From contig CBDBGH010000003.1 in the NCBI GenBank assembly GCA_965205265.1, positions 1,472,001-1,536,000 of the forward strand: a stretch of 64,000 nucleotides of DNA, given 5' to 3'. The position numbers and the translations under genes are program-made. This DNA is from Alphaproteobacteria bacterium (lineage in GTDB: Bacteria; Pseudomonadota; Alphaproteobacteria; Bin95). The notes beneath the pieces are model-generated. The model did not search any database. It was given only the letters and a program-made list of their open reading frames with translations, and was not told the origin of the DNA. The first letter of the stretch is position 1. Every line of letters begins with the position of its first letter. Shown here one piece after another: positions 19,142 through 29,475 of this stretch.

Positions 19142-20110
19142 TCACGCCATAGCGGCGAGGCGGTATTTCATCCGCTCGGTCGCGGCGACGAGGGCCGCGC
19201 GGATGCCGAACTCCATCGCGGAATGGCCGGCTTCCGGCACCGGCACATATTCGGCAGCCGGCCAGGCGCGCGCCAGCTCGTCCGCGGTCGCAATCGGGCA
19301 GACGACATCGTAGCGGCCCTGGACGATGGCCGCCGGCAAGCCTTCGATGCGGTGGAGGTCGTTGAGGAGCTGGCCGTCCCGGAGGAACAGGCCGTTCATG
19401 AAGTAATGCGCTTCCAGACGCGCAAGGCCGAGGGCGGCGCGGTCCCCGGCTACCGCGACCGTGTCGGCAGGGCCGGGCCGGAGCGCCGAACAGGCGCTCT
19501 CATAGCGAGACCAGGCGCGCGCGGCCGGCAGGTGGACGCGGGGGTCCGGGTCCGTCAGCCGGCGGTGATAGGCGGCCAGCAGGCCGGCGCCGCGCTCCTC
19601 CCTCGGAATCGGCGCGACAAACGCCCGGTGCGCCTCCGGGAAGAAAGTGCCCATGCCGTGCAGGAACCAGTCGATTTCCGCCCGCCGTCCGAGAAACACG
19701 CCGCGCAGCACGAAGCCGAGGCAGTTTTCGGGGTGCGCCTGCCCGTAGGCGAGCGCGAGCGTGCTGCCCCAGGAGCCGCCGAAGACCAGCCACCGATCCA
19801 CCGACAGATGCCGGCGCAGCGTTTCGATGTCGCGGATGAGGTGCTGTGTCGTGTTGGCGTGGGTCTCGGTGCCCGGCGTGGAACGGCCGGCGCCGCGCTG
19901 GTCGAACAGGAGAATCCGGTAGGCCGCAGGATCGAAGAAGCGCCGATAGGCCGGCGTGCAGCCGGCTCCGGGGCCTCCATGCAGGAACAGCACCGGCAGG
20001 CCGTCGGGGCTGCCGGCCTCCTCCCAATACATGACATGGCCGCCGTCCAGGGGCAGCATGCCGCTCTCAGCCGCTTCTATCGCCGGGAATAGATCTGTCC
20101 GCCCGCCCAT
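19142..20110 (-). CDS. pip: Proline iminopeptidase
   Basis: LHGGPG, FDQRGAGRS, GGSWGSTL, QGRYD..CP, AGHS. Confidence 0.93.
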   Translation of the reverse strand: MGGRTDLFPAIEAAESGMLPLDGGHVMYWEEAGSPDGLPVLFLHGGPGAGCTPAYRRFFDPAAYRILLFDQRGAGRSTPGTETHANTTQHLIRDIETLRRHLSVDRWLVFGGSWGSTLALAYGQAHPENCLGFVLRGVFLGRRAEIDWFLHGMGTFFPEAHRAFVAPIPREERGAGLLAAYHRRLTDPDPRVHLPAARAWSRYESACSALRPGPADTVAVAGDRAALGLARLEAHYFMNGLFLRDGQLLNDLHRIEGLPAAIVQGRYDVVCPIATADELARAWPAAEYVPVPEAGHSAMEFGIRAALVAATERMKYRLAAMA

Positions 20111-20153
20111 CCCCAGAACCTTAGCGACCGCCTTGCAAGGCTTCCAGACGCCC

Positions 20154-20798
20154 ATGCTGCGCCATTTGCCCGCCCTGCTGCTCATATTGCTTGCCGGCCC
20201 CGCCTTTGGGGATGCAGGCAAGCTGAAACCTGCCGATGTGCGGCTGCTGGAAGGCGGCGAAGCGTTCGTTGCCGCCTTTCTGGCCCGGCCCGACCTCCGC
20301 TACGAGCCGGAGCCGGCCCGCCTCGACCGGCACGGCCGGCGCCTCGCGCATGTGTTCTCGGGATCGCTCTGGCTGCAGCGGGAGCTGGTCGCGCGCGGCC
20401 TCGCCGCGGTGGCACCGCCGCTCGTCTCGCGCGACCGTGCGCTTGCCCTGCTTCGGCTGGAACGCCGGGCGCGCCTTTCCGAACCCGGCCTCTGGGCGGT
20501 GCGGCCGGAAGCGAAGCCCGTTCCTGCCGAGCGCGCGCGAACCGTTCTCGACCGCTTCGCCATAGTGGAGGGGCGCGTTCTGTCGGTTGCGCGCGGCTTC
20601 CGCAGCAATTTCGTCAATTTCGGCGACGACTGGCGCGAAGATTTCACCATTTACCTGAAGCGCGGGCGCATCTCGCGCGCCTTCCCGCCGGCATTGCTGG
20701 ACGGGCAGCGCGTCCGCGTTCGCGGCTGGGTGTTCTACAGCAACGGCCCCGCCATAGACCTCGCCGACCCGCTCTATCTGGAAGTGCTGGGCCGTTAG
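20154..20798 (+). CDS. Thermonuclease (SNase)-like secreted protein with C-terminal OB-like domain
   Basis: DRHGRRLAHV, LQ.ELV..GLA, E..AR....GLW, NFG.DWREDFT; N-terminal part looks degenerate. Confidence 0.7.
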   Translation: MLRHLPALLLILLAGPAFGDAGKLKPADVRLLEGGEAFVAAFLARPDLRYEPEPARLDRHGRRLAHVFSGSLWLQRELVARGLAAVAPPLVSRDRALALLRLERRARLSEPGLWAVRPEAKPVPAERARTVLDRFAIVEGRVLSVARGFRSNFVNFGDDWREDFTIYLKRGRISRAFPPALLDGQRVRVRGWVFYSNGPAIDLADPLYLEVLGR

Positions 20799-20806
20799 AG
20801 CGGCGG

Positions 20807-22321
20807 TCAACCCGCCAGCCCCTGGCGGTAGCTCAGCGCCTCCGCGATATGCAGCCGGCCTACCCGGGCGCTCGCGTCCATGTCCGCCAGCGTCCGCGCC
20901 ACGCGGAGCACGCGGTGGTAGCCGCGCGCCGAGAGCCTGAGCCGCTCCGTCGCGCTTTGCAGGAGGGACGCGCCCGCCTCGTCCGGGGCCGCCGCCTCGG
21001 CGAGCCGCGCGCCGTCGATGTCCCCATTGAGCGCAGGCTCCCCATAGCGCGCCGTCTGCCTTTTGCGCGCCTCTTCGACGCGGGCCGCGACATGGCGGCT
21101 GCTCTCTGCCGGCGGCGGCAGCGCCAGGTCCGCAGCCGCGACGCGCGGCACGTCCACGAAGAGGTCGAAACGGTCCAGCAGCGGGCCGGAAAGACGGCGG
21201 CGATAGTCCGCCGCGCAGCGCGGCGCGCGGTTGCAGGCGCGGTCCGGCTCGTCGATATGGCCGCAGCGGCAGGGGTTCATCGCCGCCACAAGCTGGAAGC
21301 GGGCCGGATATACGACATGCCGGTTGGCGCGCGCGATCGACACCCTGCCGACCTCCAGCGGCTGCCTGAGCGCCTCCAGCGCGGGCCGGACGAATTCGGG
21401 CAGTTCGTCCAGGAACAGCACGCCGCGATGCGCCAGCGAAATCTCGCCCGGCGCGGCGCGTTGCCCGCCGCCGACCAGCGCGGTCATCGACGAGGAATGG
21501 TGCGGATCGCGGAAGGGTCGCCGGCGTGGTATCCGCCCGGCTTCCAGAGCGCCGGCGGCGCTGTGAATCCGCGATACCTCCAGCGCCTCGGCCGGTTGGA
21601 GCGGAGGCAGCACGCCCGGCAGGCGGGCCGCCAGCATCGACTTGCCGGCGCCCGGCGGCCCCGAAAAGAGCAGGTTGTGGCCGCCGGCCGCCGCGATCTC
21701 CAGCGCCCGCTTGGCGGTCTCCTGCCCCTTGATGTCGTGGAGGTCGAGCGTGTCCGCCTCCGGGGCGATTTCGCCGGGCTCGGGCGGCGCCAGCACCTGC
21801 CGGCCGCGGAAATGATTGAGCAATGCGAGCAGCGTCTTCGGCGCCAGGACCTCGAGATCGCCCGCCCAGGCGGCTTCCGGACCGTTGCCGGCGGGGCAGA
21901 TCAGGCCGCGGCGCGACCCCACCGCCGACATGGCGGCCGACAGAACGCCCGCAACTTCCGTCAGCGCGCCGTCGAGGCCGAGTTCGCCGAGCGCAATGCG
22001 GCCCGCGATATCCTCGACCTGCACGGCTCCCATCGCCGCCAACAGTCCGAGCGCGATGGGCAGGTCGAAATGGCTGCCTTCCTTCTGGAGGTCGGCCGGG
22101 GCGAGATTGACGGTGATGCGCTCCGCCGGCAGCCCGAGGCCGATGGCGGCGAGCGCCGCCCGCACCCGCTCGCGGCTTTCCGCGACCGCCTTGTCCGGCA
22201 GGCCGACGACGTTGAACGCGGCGAGCCCGCTGCCGAGATGCACCTGGACATCGACCTCGCGCACCTCGATGCCGTCGAAGGCGACCGTCGCGACATGCGC
22301 GACCGCCGGGCGGCCGCTCAC
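20807..22321 (-). CDS. comM: YifB/ComM Mg-chelatase-like AAA ATPase
   Basis: [45 protein letters not shown]. Confidence 0.93.
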   Translation of the reverse strand: MSGRPAVAHVATVAFDGIEVREVDVQVHLGSGLAAFNVVGLPDKAVAESRERVRAALAAIGLGLPAERITVNLAPADLQKEGSHFDLPIALGLLAAMGAVQVEDIAGRIALGELGLDGALTEVAGVLSAAMSAVGSRRGLICPAGNGPEAAWAGDLEVLAPKTLLALLNHFRGRQVLAPPEPGEIAPEADTLDLHDIKGQETAKRALEIAAAGGHNLLFSGPPGAGKSMLAARLPGVLPPLQPAEALEVSRIHSAAGALEAGRIPRRRPFRDPHHSSSMTALVGGGQRAAPGEISLAHRGVLFLDELPEFVRPALEALRQPLEVGRVSIARANRHVVYPARFQLVAAMNPCRCGHIDEPDRACNRAPRCAADYRRRLSGPLLDRFDLFVDVPRVAAADLALPPPAESSRHVAARVEEARKRQTARYGEPALNGDIDGARLAEAAAPDEAGASLLQSATERLRLSARGYHRVLRVARTLADMDASARVGRLHIAEALSYRQGLAG

Positions 22322-23286
22322 CGCGCCGGCCCCGCGCCGCCCTGCCCCGCAAGGCGCCCCTCGATCGCGTCCCAGATGAGCGCGGCAATCCGCACGCCGT
22401 CGAAGCGCTCGATTTCCTGGATGCCGGTCGGCGAGGTGACATTGATCTCGGTGAGCCAGCCGCCGATGACATCGATGCCAACGAAGGTGAGCCCTCGTTC
22501 CCGCAGGGCCGGGCCGATGATCTCGCAGATCTCGGTCTCGCGCGGCGTCAGGGCGCTCTGCACCGGCCTGCCGCCGACATGCATGTTGGCGCGGGACTCG
22601 CCCGCTGCCGGAATGCGGTTGATGGCGCCGACGGCCTCGCCCTCGACAAGGATGATGCGCTTGTCGCCTTCGCGCACTTCCGGCAGGTAGCGCTGCGCGA
22701 TGACGGGGTCCCGCGAAGACGTCAGGAACATCTCCAGCAGCGCATTCAGGTTCTCGTCGTCCTCGCGCAGGTGGAACACGCCGGCGCCGCCGTTTCCGAA
22801 CAGCGGCTTCAGGATGATGTCGCGGTGTTCCTCGCGGAAGGCCGCGATCTCGGCCTCGTCACGGCTAATCATGGTCGGCGGCATCACACCTTCGAAATGG
22901 GTGACGAACAGCTTCTCGGGCGCGTTGCGCACGGAAGCCGGGTCGTTCACCACCAGCGTCCCGGGGTGGATGTGCTCCAGCAGATGGGTCGCGGTGATAT
23001 AGGACATGTCGAAGGGCGGGTCCTGGCGCATCATCACGACATCGACGCCTGCCAGGTCCACCGTCTCCGGCGCGCCCAGCGTGGCGTGGCGGCCCTTCTC
23101 GCGCCGGAGCGTCATCGGCCGGCCGCGCGCCGTCAGGCGCCCGTCCCGGAAGACGAGCGCATCCGGCAGGTAGTGGAACAGCGAGTAGCCGCGCGCCTGG
23201 GCCTCCAGGCAGAGCGCAAAGGTGCTGTCGGCGTCGATATCGACACTCTCGATAGGGTCCATCTGGACGGCGATGGCGAGGCTCAT
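22318..23286 (-). CDS. gshB: Glutathione synthetase
   Basis: [32 protein letters not shown]. Confidence 0.95.
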   Translation of the reverse strand: MSLAIAVQMDPIESVDIDADSTFALCLEAQARGYSLFHYLPDALVFRDGRLTARGRPMTLRREKGRHATLGAPETVDLAGVDVVMMRQDPPFDMSYITATHLLEHIHPGTLVVNDPASVRNAPEKLFVTHFEGVMPPTMISRDEAEIAAFREEHRDIILKPLFGNGGAGVFHLREDDENLNALLEMFLTSSRDPVIAQRYLPEVREGDKRIILVEGEAVGAINRIPAAGESRANMHVGGRPVQSALTPRETEICEIIGPALRERGLTFVGIDVIGGWLTEINVTSPTGIQEIERFDGVRIAALIWDAIEGRLAGQGGAGPAR

Positions 23287-23373
23287 GGGGCAGGAATCCG
23301 GTCGGGATATGCGGAACGCCCGCGCATCATATCGCGCCCCATTCCGCCGCGCACGGGGTTGCGCGCCGCCCCT

Positions 23374-24153
23374 TCAATTGAGGCGGGCGCGGAAGCGCTG
23401 GATCAGGGTTGCGGCTTCGAGGCGGGCCCCGTCGGCGGGCTCCATCGCGATGTAGCGCTCCAGGCTTTCGACCGCGCCCTTGAAGCGGCCGAGCGCGGCT
23501 TCCAGCATTGCCCGCTCGCGCACCAGCTCCGCGAGGTCGGGCGCAATCCAGGTCATGCGCTCGAGCACGGCGAGCGCAGCCTCGAATTGCCGGCGGCGCG
23601 CGAGGCGCAGGCGGATATTGTTCTGCAGCCTCAGCAGCACGCTGCGGTCCGCGGCCGTGCGGAAATGCGCCGTTTCGAGCTCCGCCGAGGCGCCGTAGGC
23701 CGCCTTTAGCAGCTGCCGCAAGGCGGGCGGGTCTCGCACGGCGCCGCGTTCGAACGGGTCGACGATCTCCGTCCTGTCCACCCGGATGAGGAAATGGCCG
23801 GGAAAGTCGAGGCCCTCGACATGCGCACCGAGACGCCGCCCGACCGCCATATAGAGGATGCCGAGCGCGACCGGCAGGCCCCTGCGACGGTCGATCACCC
23901 GCAGGAGATTGGCGTTCTGCAGGTCGTCATAGGTCGCCCGGTCGCCCGTATAGCCGAAGGCACAGCCGAGCGTGTCGGCAAGACGGTCCGGGCTTCCGGC
24001 CGCCTCCGCCAGTTCGTCGAAATGCGCGCGGTAGCGGTCCAGCGGCACGCCCGGCCGGTCGAACGAGCCGAGCAGCAGGGCCGCTTCGCCGATGTCGAAC
24101 GGCTCTTCGCCGCATTCGCCGATCCGGCGGAGTTCGGCTTCCGCCGGGGTCAT
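23374..24153 (-). CDS. SirB1/transglutaminase-like protein with C-terminal TPR
   Basis: Y.GD..TYDD..NANL..VIDRRRGLPV.L, FPGHFL. Confidence 0.85.
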   Translation of the reverse strand: MTPAEAELRRIGECGEEPFDIGEAALLLGSFDRPGVPLDRYRAHFDELAEAAGSPDRLADTLGCAFGYTGDRATYDDLQNANLLRVIDRRRGLPVALGILYMAVGRRLGAHVEGLDFPGHFLIRVDRTEIVDPFERGAVRDPPALRQLLKAAYGASAELETAHFRTAADRSVLLRLQNNIRLRLARRRQFEAALAVLERMTWIAPDLAELVRERAMLEAALGRFKGAVESLERYIAMEPADGARLEAATLIQRFRARLN

Positions 24154-24527
24154 GCGACCCGCCTTGCGCGGCTGTCCCCGTCCCGCCAGGCGTCGGGGAT
24201 CACGATGGGCAACCGCCCCGGCACCACGGCAATGACATCGAAGCGCACGGGCCAGTCGCGATAGCGGGGATTGGCCGCAAGAAAATGCCGCGCCGCCATT
24301 GCGATGCGGTCACGCTGGCGCTGGGGCACTGCCTGCCGCGCCAGCGCCTCGGTCGGGCGCGCCTTGACCTCGACCATGACCAACCGCCGGCCGCGCCGCG
24401 CGACCAGGTCGACCTCGCCGACCGGAGTCCGGTAGCGGCGCGCCAGAACGCGGTAGCCCGCGAGGCGCAGCCGCCAGGCGGCAACGCGCTCGGCCCGGCG
24501 GCCGCGGCTGTCACCCGTCGCGGGCAA
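24150..24527 (-). CDS. yraN: YraN family endonuclease-like protein
   Basis: GRRAE..AA..L...GY, GEVDLVA, VEVKAR, RFDV; start uncertain. Confidence 0.85.
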   Translation of the reverse strand: MPATGDSRGRRAERVAAWRLRLAGYRVLARRYRTPVGEVDLVARRGRRLVMVEVKARPTEALARQAVPQRQRDRIAMAARHFLAANPRYRDWPVRFDVIAVVPGRLPIVIPDAWRDGDSRARRVA

Positions 24528-25437
24528 GCAATTCGAGTCCGCGCCGGTAGAGGTCGCGCCGGGGCCGCCCCGAAACCGCCGCCAGCTCGCCCGCCGCGCG
24601 CGAAAGGCCAAGCGCGGCGATCCGTTCCGCAAGCAGTGCATCGGGAATCTCGGCCGGCGCCGCGTCCGGGGGCGGCCCGACGACGATGACGATTTCGCCT
24701 TTCGGCGGCCCGGCCTCCGCATAGCGCATCGCAAGCTCGTCGAGCGGACCGCGAACGACCTCTTCATGGCGTTTCGTGAGTTCGCGCGCGACTGCCGCTT
24801 CGCGCGCGAACTCACGAAACGCCATATCCGCGAGGCAGGCAACGAGCCGCGTTCCCGCTTCGTAGGCGAGCAGCGTTGCCGGCGTTTCGGCCCAAGGCGC
24901 GAGCGCGCGCCGGCGGGCCGGCCGTTTCGCCGGCAGGAAGCCCAGGAAGCCGAAGCGGTCCGGCGCCAGGCCCGAAAGCTGGAGGGCCGTCAACGCCGCA
25001 TTCGCCCCCGGCGCCGACGTCACCGCGAAGCCCTCCGCCCGAATCGCGCGCACGAGGCCGAAACCGGGGTCCGAGACGAGCGGCATCCCCGCGTCGCTCG
25101 CCAGCGCCACGGCTTTTCCCGCCCGGATGGCGGCAACGAGTTTCGGCCGCACCCGCTCCGCATTGTGGTCGTGATAAGCGGTGAGGCGCGCCTTCAGCCC
25201 GTGAATCCGAAGGAGGCGGCGGGTTACGCGCGTGTCCTCGCAGGCAACGAGATCGGCGGCGGCCAGAATGTCGAGGGTGCGAAGCGTGATGTCGCGTGCA
25301 TTGCCGATCGGCGTCGCCACAAGATACAGGCCCGCCGGCAGGCGCCCCTTCAGGTCGTCCGGTGCTTTACGCGCCGGGCCGGGAAGGTTAGCTTCGCGCC
25401 CGGCTGCACCGTCGGAGACGGGTCGTGAACACGGCAT
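24511..25437 (-). CDS. rsmI: 16S rRNA (cytidine1402-2'-O)-methyltransferase
   Basis: LYLVATPIGN, CEDTR, SDAGMP.VSDPG, ARELTK..EE, KGEIV. Confidence 0.93.
   Translation of the reverse strand: MPCSRPVSDGAAGREANLPGPARKAPDDLKGRLPAGLYLVATPIGNARDITLRTLDILAAADLVACEDTRVTRRLLRIHGLKARLTAYHDHNAERVRPKLVAAIRAGKAVALASDAGMPLVSDPGFGLVRAIRAEGFAVTSAPGANAALTALQLSGLAPDRFGFLGFLPAKRPARRRALAPWAETPATLLAYEAGTRLVACLADMAFREFAREAAVARELTKRHEEVVRGPLDELAMRYAEAGPPKGEIVIVVGPPPDAAPAEIPDALLAERIAALGLSRAAGELAAVSGRPRRDLYRRGLELLARDG
24766..24825. repeat. Perfect 26-bp inverted repeat inside rsmI
   Basis: ATGGCGTTTCGTGAGTTCGCGCGCGA - 8-nt loop - TCGCGCGCGAACTCACGAAACGCCAT. Confidence 0.95.
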
Positions 25438-26678
25438 ACTGGCGCTACGCCTCTTTCGCGCTGCTCGGCATGGCGGTTGCCGCCTGCCAGCAATCGGGAA
25501 CGGACAAGCCTAGCCCGCCGAAGCCCCCTGCGAAAGCGCCGGCGGCGGCCGCCCCGCCCGCTCCGCAGCCGCAAGCGCCGGCATCGGCACCCTCTTCGCC
25601 GCCGGTATTCCGCGCGGCGCTGCTGGCGCCGTTCTCGGGCCGCCATGCGGAGTTCGGCGCGGCCATGCTGAATGCGGCCCAATTGGCGCTCTACGACGCC
25701 GCGGGAGAGGACTTTGTGCTGATGCCGCTGGACACCCGGGGGAACCCGGCCGGCGCAGCCGAGGCTGCCCGGCAGTCCGTGCAGCGCGGCGCCGGCGCAA
25801 TGGTCGGCCCGATTTTCGGCTCGAATGTCTCGGCGGCGGCCGAGGCGGTGCGGGTGCGGTCCCTTCCCGTCTTCGCGTTCTCGAACGACCGCGCGGCGCT
25901 CAGGCCGGGTGTGTGGCTCTTCGGCCCTTTGCCGGAAGACGAGGTGGAGCGGCTGGTGGGCCATGCCGCCGCCGAAGGCCGGAAGCGGCTGGGCCTGTTG
26001 GGCTACGACACGGAGTTCGGGCGCTACGCGATGCAGGCCGCCGAGCGCGCCGCCCGCAGGCACGGCGTTACCGTGGTCCGCAGCGGCATCATCTCTCCCG
26101 GCCTCGACGCGAAGGCGCTGTCCGAGCGGGTGCGCGTGTTCGCCGGCGCTCCGGCCAGGCGCACGCCGGAGACGGAGGAACGGCCCCCGCCTTTCGATGC
26201 CGTGCTGATCGCCGCGGAGGGCGAGGCGTTGCGTTCGACGGCGGCGCTGCTCGCCTTTCACGGAATCGACCCGAAACTGGCGCGCTATCTGGCGACGGGC
26301 GTCAGGCCCGACCGGCTTCCGCTCGATGAACCGAGCCTCGCGGGCGCGTGGTATGCGGGACCGCCGCCGGAAGCGTTCGACCTCTTCTCCCGCCGCTACG
26401 AAGCCGTTTATGGGGCGCCGCCGCCCCGCCTGGCCGGGCTCGCCTACGATGCGACAGCCATAGCCGCCATGCTGGCGGAGGACCGGCGCGGCGGCGCGCT
26501 GGATGCCGCGGCGCTTACCGCTCCGGACGGCTTCTTCGGCGCGGGCGGCTTCTTCCGGTTCCGGCCGGACGGCGCGATCCAGCGGGCGCTCGCCATATTC
26601 GAGATCGCGCCCGGCGGCCCCCGCATCGTCGATCCCGCCCCGGAGCGCTTCGACGCCGGGGGCAGGCCGGTCGGCTAG
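25425..26678 (+). CDS. LppC-like penicillin-binding protein activator lipoprotein
   Basis: Lipobox VAAC, ALL.P.SG, LAYDA, GFFRF..DG...R.L; divergent from rsmI as is typical. Confidence 0.85.
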   Translation: MNTAYWRYASFALLGMAVAACQQSGTDKPSPPKPPAKAPAAAAPPAPQPQAPASAPSSPPVFRAALLAPFSGRHAEFGAAMLNAAQLALYDAAGEDFVLMPLDTRGNPAGAAEAARQSVQRGAGAMVGPIFGSNVSAAAEAVRVRSLPVFAFSNDRAALRPGVWLFGPLPEDEVERLVGHAAAEGRKRLGLLGYDTEFGRYAMQAAERAARRHGVTVVRSGIISPGLDAKALSERVRVFAGAPARRTPETEERPPPFDAVLIAAEGEALRSTAALLAFHGIDPKLARYLATGVRPDRLPLDEPSLAGAWYAGPPPEAFDLFSRRYEAVYGAPPPRLAGLAYDATAIAAMLAEDRRGGALDAAALTAPDGFFGAGGFFRFRPDGAIQRALAIFEIAPGGPRIVDPAPERFDAGGRPVG

Positions 26679-26732
26679 ACCCCGCGCCGCGCAAAGCCGG
26701 CTCGCCCGGACGCTACTCGTCAGGATTGAGGA

Positions 26733-27584
26733 ATGCCGGAGCTTGGCGACATTGGCGAAGCGGCGATCCGGCTGGGGTTCTTCCTCGGCATTCTTGTCCT
26801 TGTGGCCTTGTGGGAGCTCGCTCGCCCGCGCAGGCGGCTGACCCATCCGCGCTGGCTGCGCTGGTATGCCAATCTGGGCCTGGCGGTGTTGAACACAGCG
26901 CTGGTGTGGCTTCTCGTCCCGCTGGTGCCGGTCGCATTGGCCGTCATTGCCGAAAGCCGGGGCTGGGGAATTCTCAATCTCGTCGAATTGCCGGTCTGGC
27001 TCGAAGTCCTGCTCGCGGTCGTCATTCTCGATTTCGCGATCTATCTCCAGCATGTGGTGTTCCATGCCGTGCCCGCGCTCTGGCGGCTGCACCGCATGCA
27101 CCACGCCGATCTCGACTTCGATGTGACCACCGGGGCGCGGTTCCACCCGGTCGAGATCCTCGTCTCCGTGGCAATCAAGCTCGCCGTTGTCGCCCTTATC
27201 GGCGCGCCGGCGGCGGCGGTGCTGGTTTTCGAAATCCTGTTGAACGCGACCTCGATGTTCAATCACGGCAATCTGCGGATGCCGGCATGGCTGGACCGCA
27301 TGTTGCGGTGGATCGTCGTAACGCCGGACATGCACCGGGTGCATCATTCCGATATTCCCGCCGAGACGGACAGCAATTTCGGCTTCAACCTGCCTTGGTG
27401 GGACCGCCTGTTCGGCACCTACCGGGCGCAGCCGCGCCTGGGCCATGAAAAGATGACAATCGGCCTTGCGGTATTTCGGCAGCGCGAAGACCTGCATCTG
27501 CACAGGATGTTGATCCAGCCGTTCCGGCAGGGCCAGGAAGGCGCATCGACCGACCGGCGCCCGGACCGCGACGGACCCGCCTGA
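26733..27584 (+). CDS. Sterol desaturase / fatty acid hydroxylase family protein
   Basis: His boxes QHVVFH, HRMHH, HRVHHS. Confidence 0.88.
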   Translation: MPELGDIGEAAIRLGFFLGILVLVALWELARPRRRLTHPRWLRWYANLGLAVLNTALVWLLVPLVPVALAVIAESRGWGILNLVELPVWLEVLLAVVILDFAIYLQHVVFHAVPALWRLHRMHHADLDFDVTTGARFHPVEILVSVAIKLAVVALIGAPAAAVLVFEILLNATSMFNHGNLRMPAWLDRMLRWIVVTPDMHRVHHSDIPAETDSNFGFNLPWWDRLFGTYRAQPRLGHEKMTIGLAVFRQREDLHLHRMLIQPFRQGQEGASTDRRPDRDGPA

Positions 27585-27599
27585 CCCGCCTGACCCGCT

Positions 27600-27782
27600 T
27601 CAGGAATCGCCGCCCGCCGCGCGCGCCTCCTCTATCAGCGCGAGCACCCGTTCGCCGTCGCCGACCTCGTTGGCGAGCAGCAGGATGAGGCGCGCATCGA
27701 GCCTCCGGCTTTCCGCTTCGTCCAGCCCCCGGTGGGCGTCCACCAGGGCCGCGTAAATGTCGTCAGCGCGTTTCATTGCCAA
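27600..27782 (-). CDS. DUF2783 family protein
   Basis: DD.Y..L..AH.GL...ES..L.ARLILLLAN..GD. Confidence 0.85.
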   Translation of the reverse strand: MAMKRADDIYAALVDAHRGLDEAESRRLDARLILLLANEVGDGERVLALIEEARAAGGDS

Positions 27783-29368
27783 CCCCGCGCCCGTTCCACC
27801 GCCGCGTCGATACGCGCGGGATCGAAGCGACGCCAGCGCGCGGCGACATGCTGGTCGGGGCGAAACAGCCAGGTCGTGCCGGGCCGCCCGTCATAGCGCG
27901 ACGCCAGAAGACCCTCCGGCCGCGCGCAGTGGACAGGCAACCCCCGGTTCGCCGCCGCTGCTGCCCCGCCCGGCTCCGCGAAGTGCAGCAGGGAGAAACC
28001 GCCGTCCAGACGGTCCAGCCACCAGCCGTTCCCGAGGGGCGCATCGACGGCCGCCGCGCCGGGCTGCATCGTTCCCTCGAAACCGGCCCGTTCCGGCTCA
28101 TCGGGCGTCGAGAGCGGAGACGCCGCCAGTATCGCCGGCGTCGAAAGCCGCCCGCTATTGACGAAGGCCCGCGCGAACTCGTGCCGGCGCGCGAGGGTCA
28201 GCGCCGCATCCCGGAACGCCTCGGCCGCCCCGCCGACCGGCGTCATGAAGTCGGTCGAGCGCGAGGAATTCAGGATGTTCTCGTCGGCGGCAGGGATGCG
28301 CTCCGCCTCGTAGCTGTCGAGCAGCGCCGGCCCGGCGCCGCCCCGGATCGTCTCGGCCAGCTTCCAGGCGAGGTTGTCGGCGTCCTGGATGCCGCCATTG
28401 CCGCCGCGCGCGCCGAAGGGCGAGACCTGGTGCGCGGCATCGCCGAGAAAGAAGACGCGCCCGTGGCGGAAGCGCTCCAGCCGCCGGCAGCGGAAGGTAT
28501 AGACGGAGACCCATTCGAGATCGAAGGGCGTGTCGGGGCCGATCATGGCGCGGATACGCGGGAGCACCTTCTCCGGCCTCGCCTCTTCCTCCGGGTCGGC
28601 GTCGGGGCCGAGCTGGAGGTCGATCCGCCAGACATCGTCGGGCTGCTTGTGGAGCAGCGCCGAGCGGCCTGCGTGAAAGGGCGGGTCGAACCAGAAGCGC
28701 CGTTCCGCCGGGAACTCGGATTTCATCCGGACATCGGCGATCAGGAACCGGTCCGGAAAGGACTGCCCGCGAAAGGGAAGTCCCAGGCTGCCGCGCACGG
28801 CGGAGCGCACGCCGTCGCAGGCCAGCAGCCAGTCGCAGGTGAAGGCGTAGCCACCGGCCGGCGTCGAGACCCGGACGCGGACGCCGCCGCCCTGCTCTTC
28901 CGTCCCGGTGACCCGCGTCTTCCAGCGCAGATCGAGGCCGAGCGACCGGGCACGCTCCACCAGATATTCCTCGACATAATATTGCTGGATATTGATGAAG
29001 GCCGGCCAGCGGTGCCCTTCTTCGGGCAACAGGTCGAAGGCGTAGATGAGTTCGTCGCCGTGGAAGACCTTGCCGCGGTTCCAGACCACGCCCTTCGCGG
29101 CCAGTTCGGGGCCGATGCCGAGGCGCGCGAGTATCTCCAGCGTCCGCTTGGCGAGGCAAATGAGCCGCGAACCGGCGCTTACCGTATCGTCCTCGTCCAC
29201 CAGCACGACATCGACGCCCCGCAGCTTCAGGTCGATGGCCGCGGCCAGCCCGACCGGCCCCGCCCCGACAACGCAGACGGGGTAATGCCGTTCGCGCCCG
29301 TCGAGGTCGGCGGGTTTGCGAAAGGGATAGACCGGGTTCGTCCGGCCCGGATTCAGGGCTGCCTGCAT
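27773..29368 (-). CDS. FAD-dependent aromatic monooxygenase (MhpA-like)
   Basis: VVGAGPVG, ACDG.RS, GDAAH..SPFGARG.N, RPDQHVAARW. Confidence 0.88.
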   Translation of the reverse strand: MQAALNPGRTNPVYPFRKPADLDGRERHYPVCVVGAGPVGLAAAIDLKLRGVDVVLVDEDDTVSAGSRLICLAKRTLEILARLGIGPELAAKGVVWNRGKVFHGDELIYAFDLLPEEGHRWPAFINIQQYYVEEYLVERARSLGLDLRWKTRVTGTEEQGGGVRVRVSTPAGGYAFTCDWLLACDGVRSAVRGSLGLPFRGQSFPDRFLIADVRMKSEFPAERRFWFDPPFHAGRSALLHKQPDDVWRIDLQLGPDADPEEEARPEKVLPRIRAMIGPDTPFDLEWVSVYTFRCRRLERFRHGRVFFLGDAAHQVSPFGARGGNGGIQDADNLAWKLAETIRGGAGPALLDSYEAERIPAADENILNSSRSTDFMTPVGGAAEAFRDAALTLARRHEFARAFVNSGRLSTPAILAASPLSTPDEPERAGFEGTMQPGAAAVDAPLGNGWWLDRLDGGFSLLHFAEPGGAAAAANRGLPVHCARPEGLLASRYDGRPGTTWLFRPDQHVAARWRRFDPARIDAAVERARGWQ

Positions 29369-29475
29369 GGCCTCATTATCGCCGCCCTGCCGCAGCGGGG
29401 CCAGACATACGCGCTGTCCACCCGAGGCGCACTATACTCGCAGGAATGTCCGTATCATTGGGGGGCCGATCCGAA

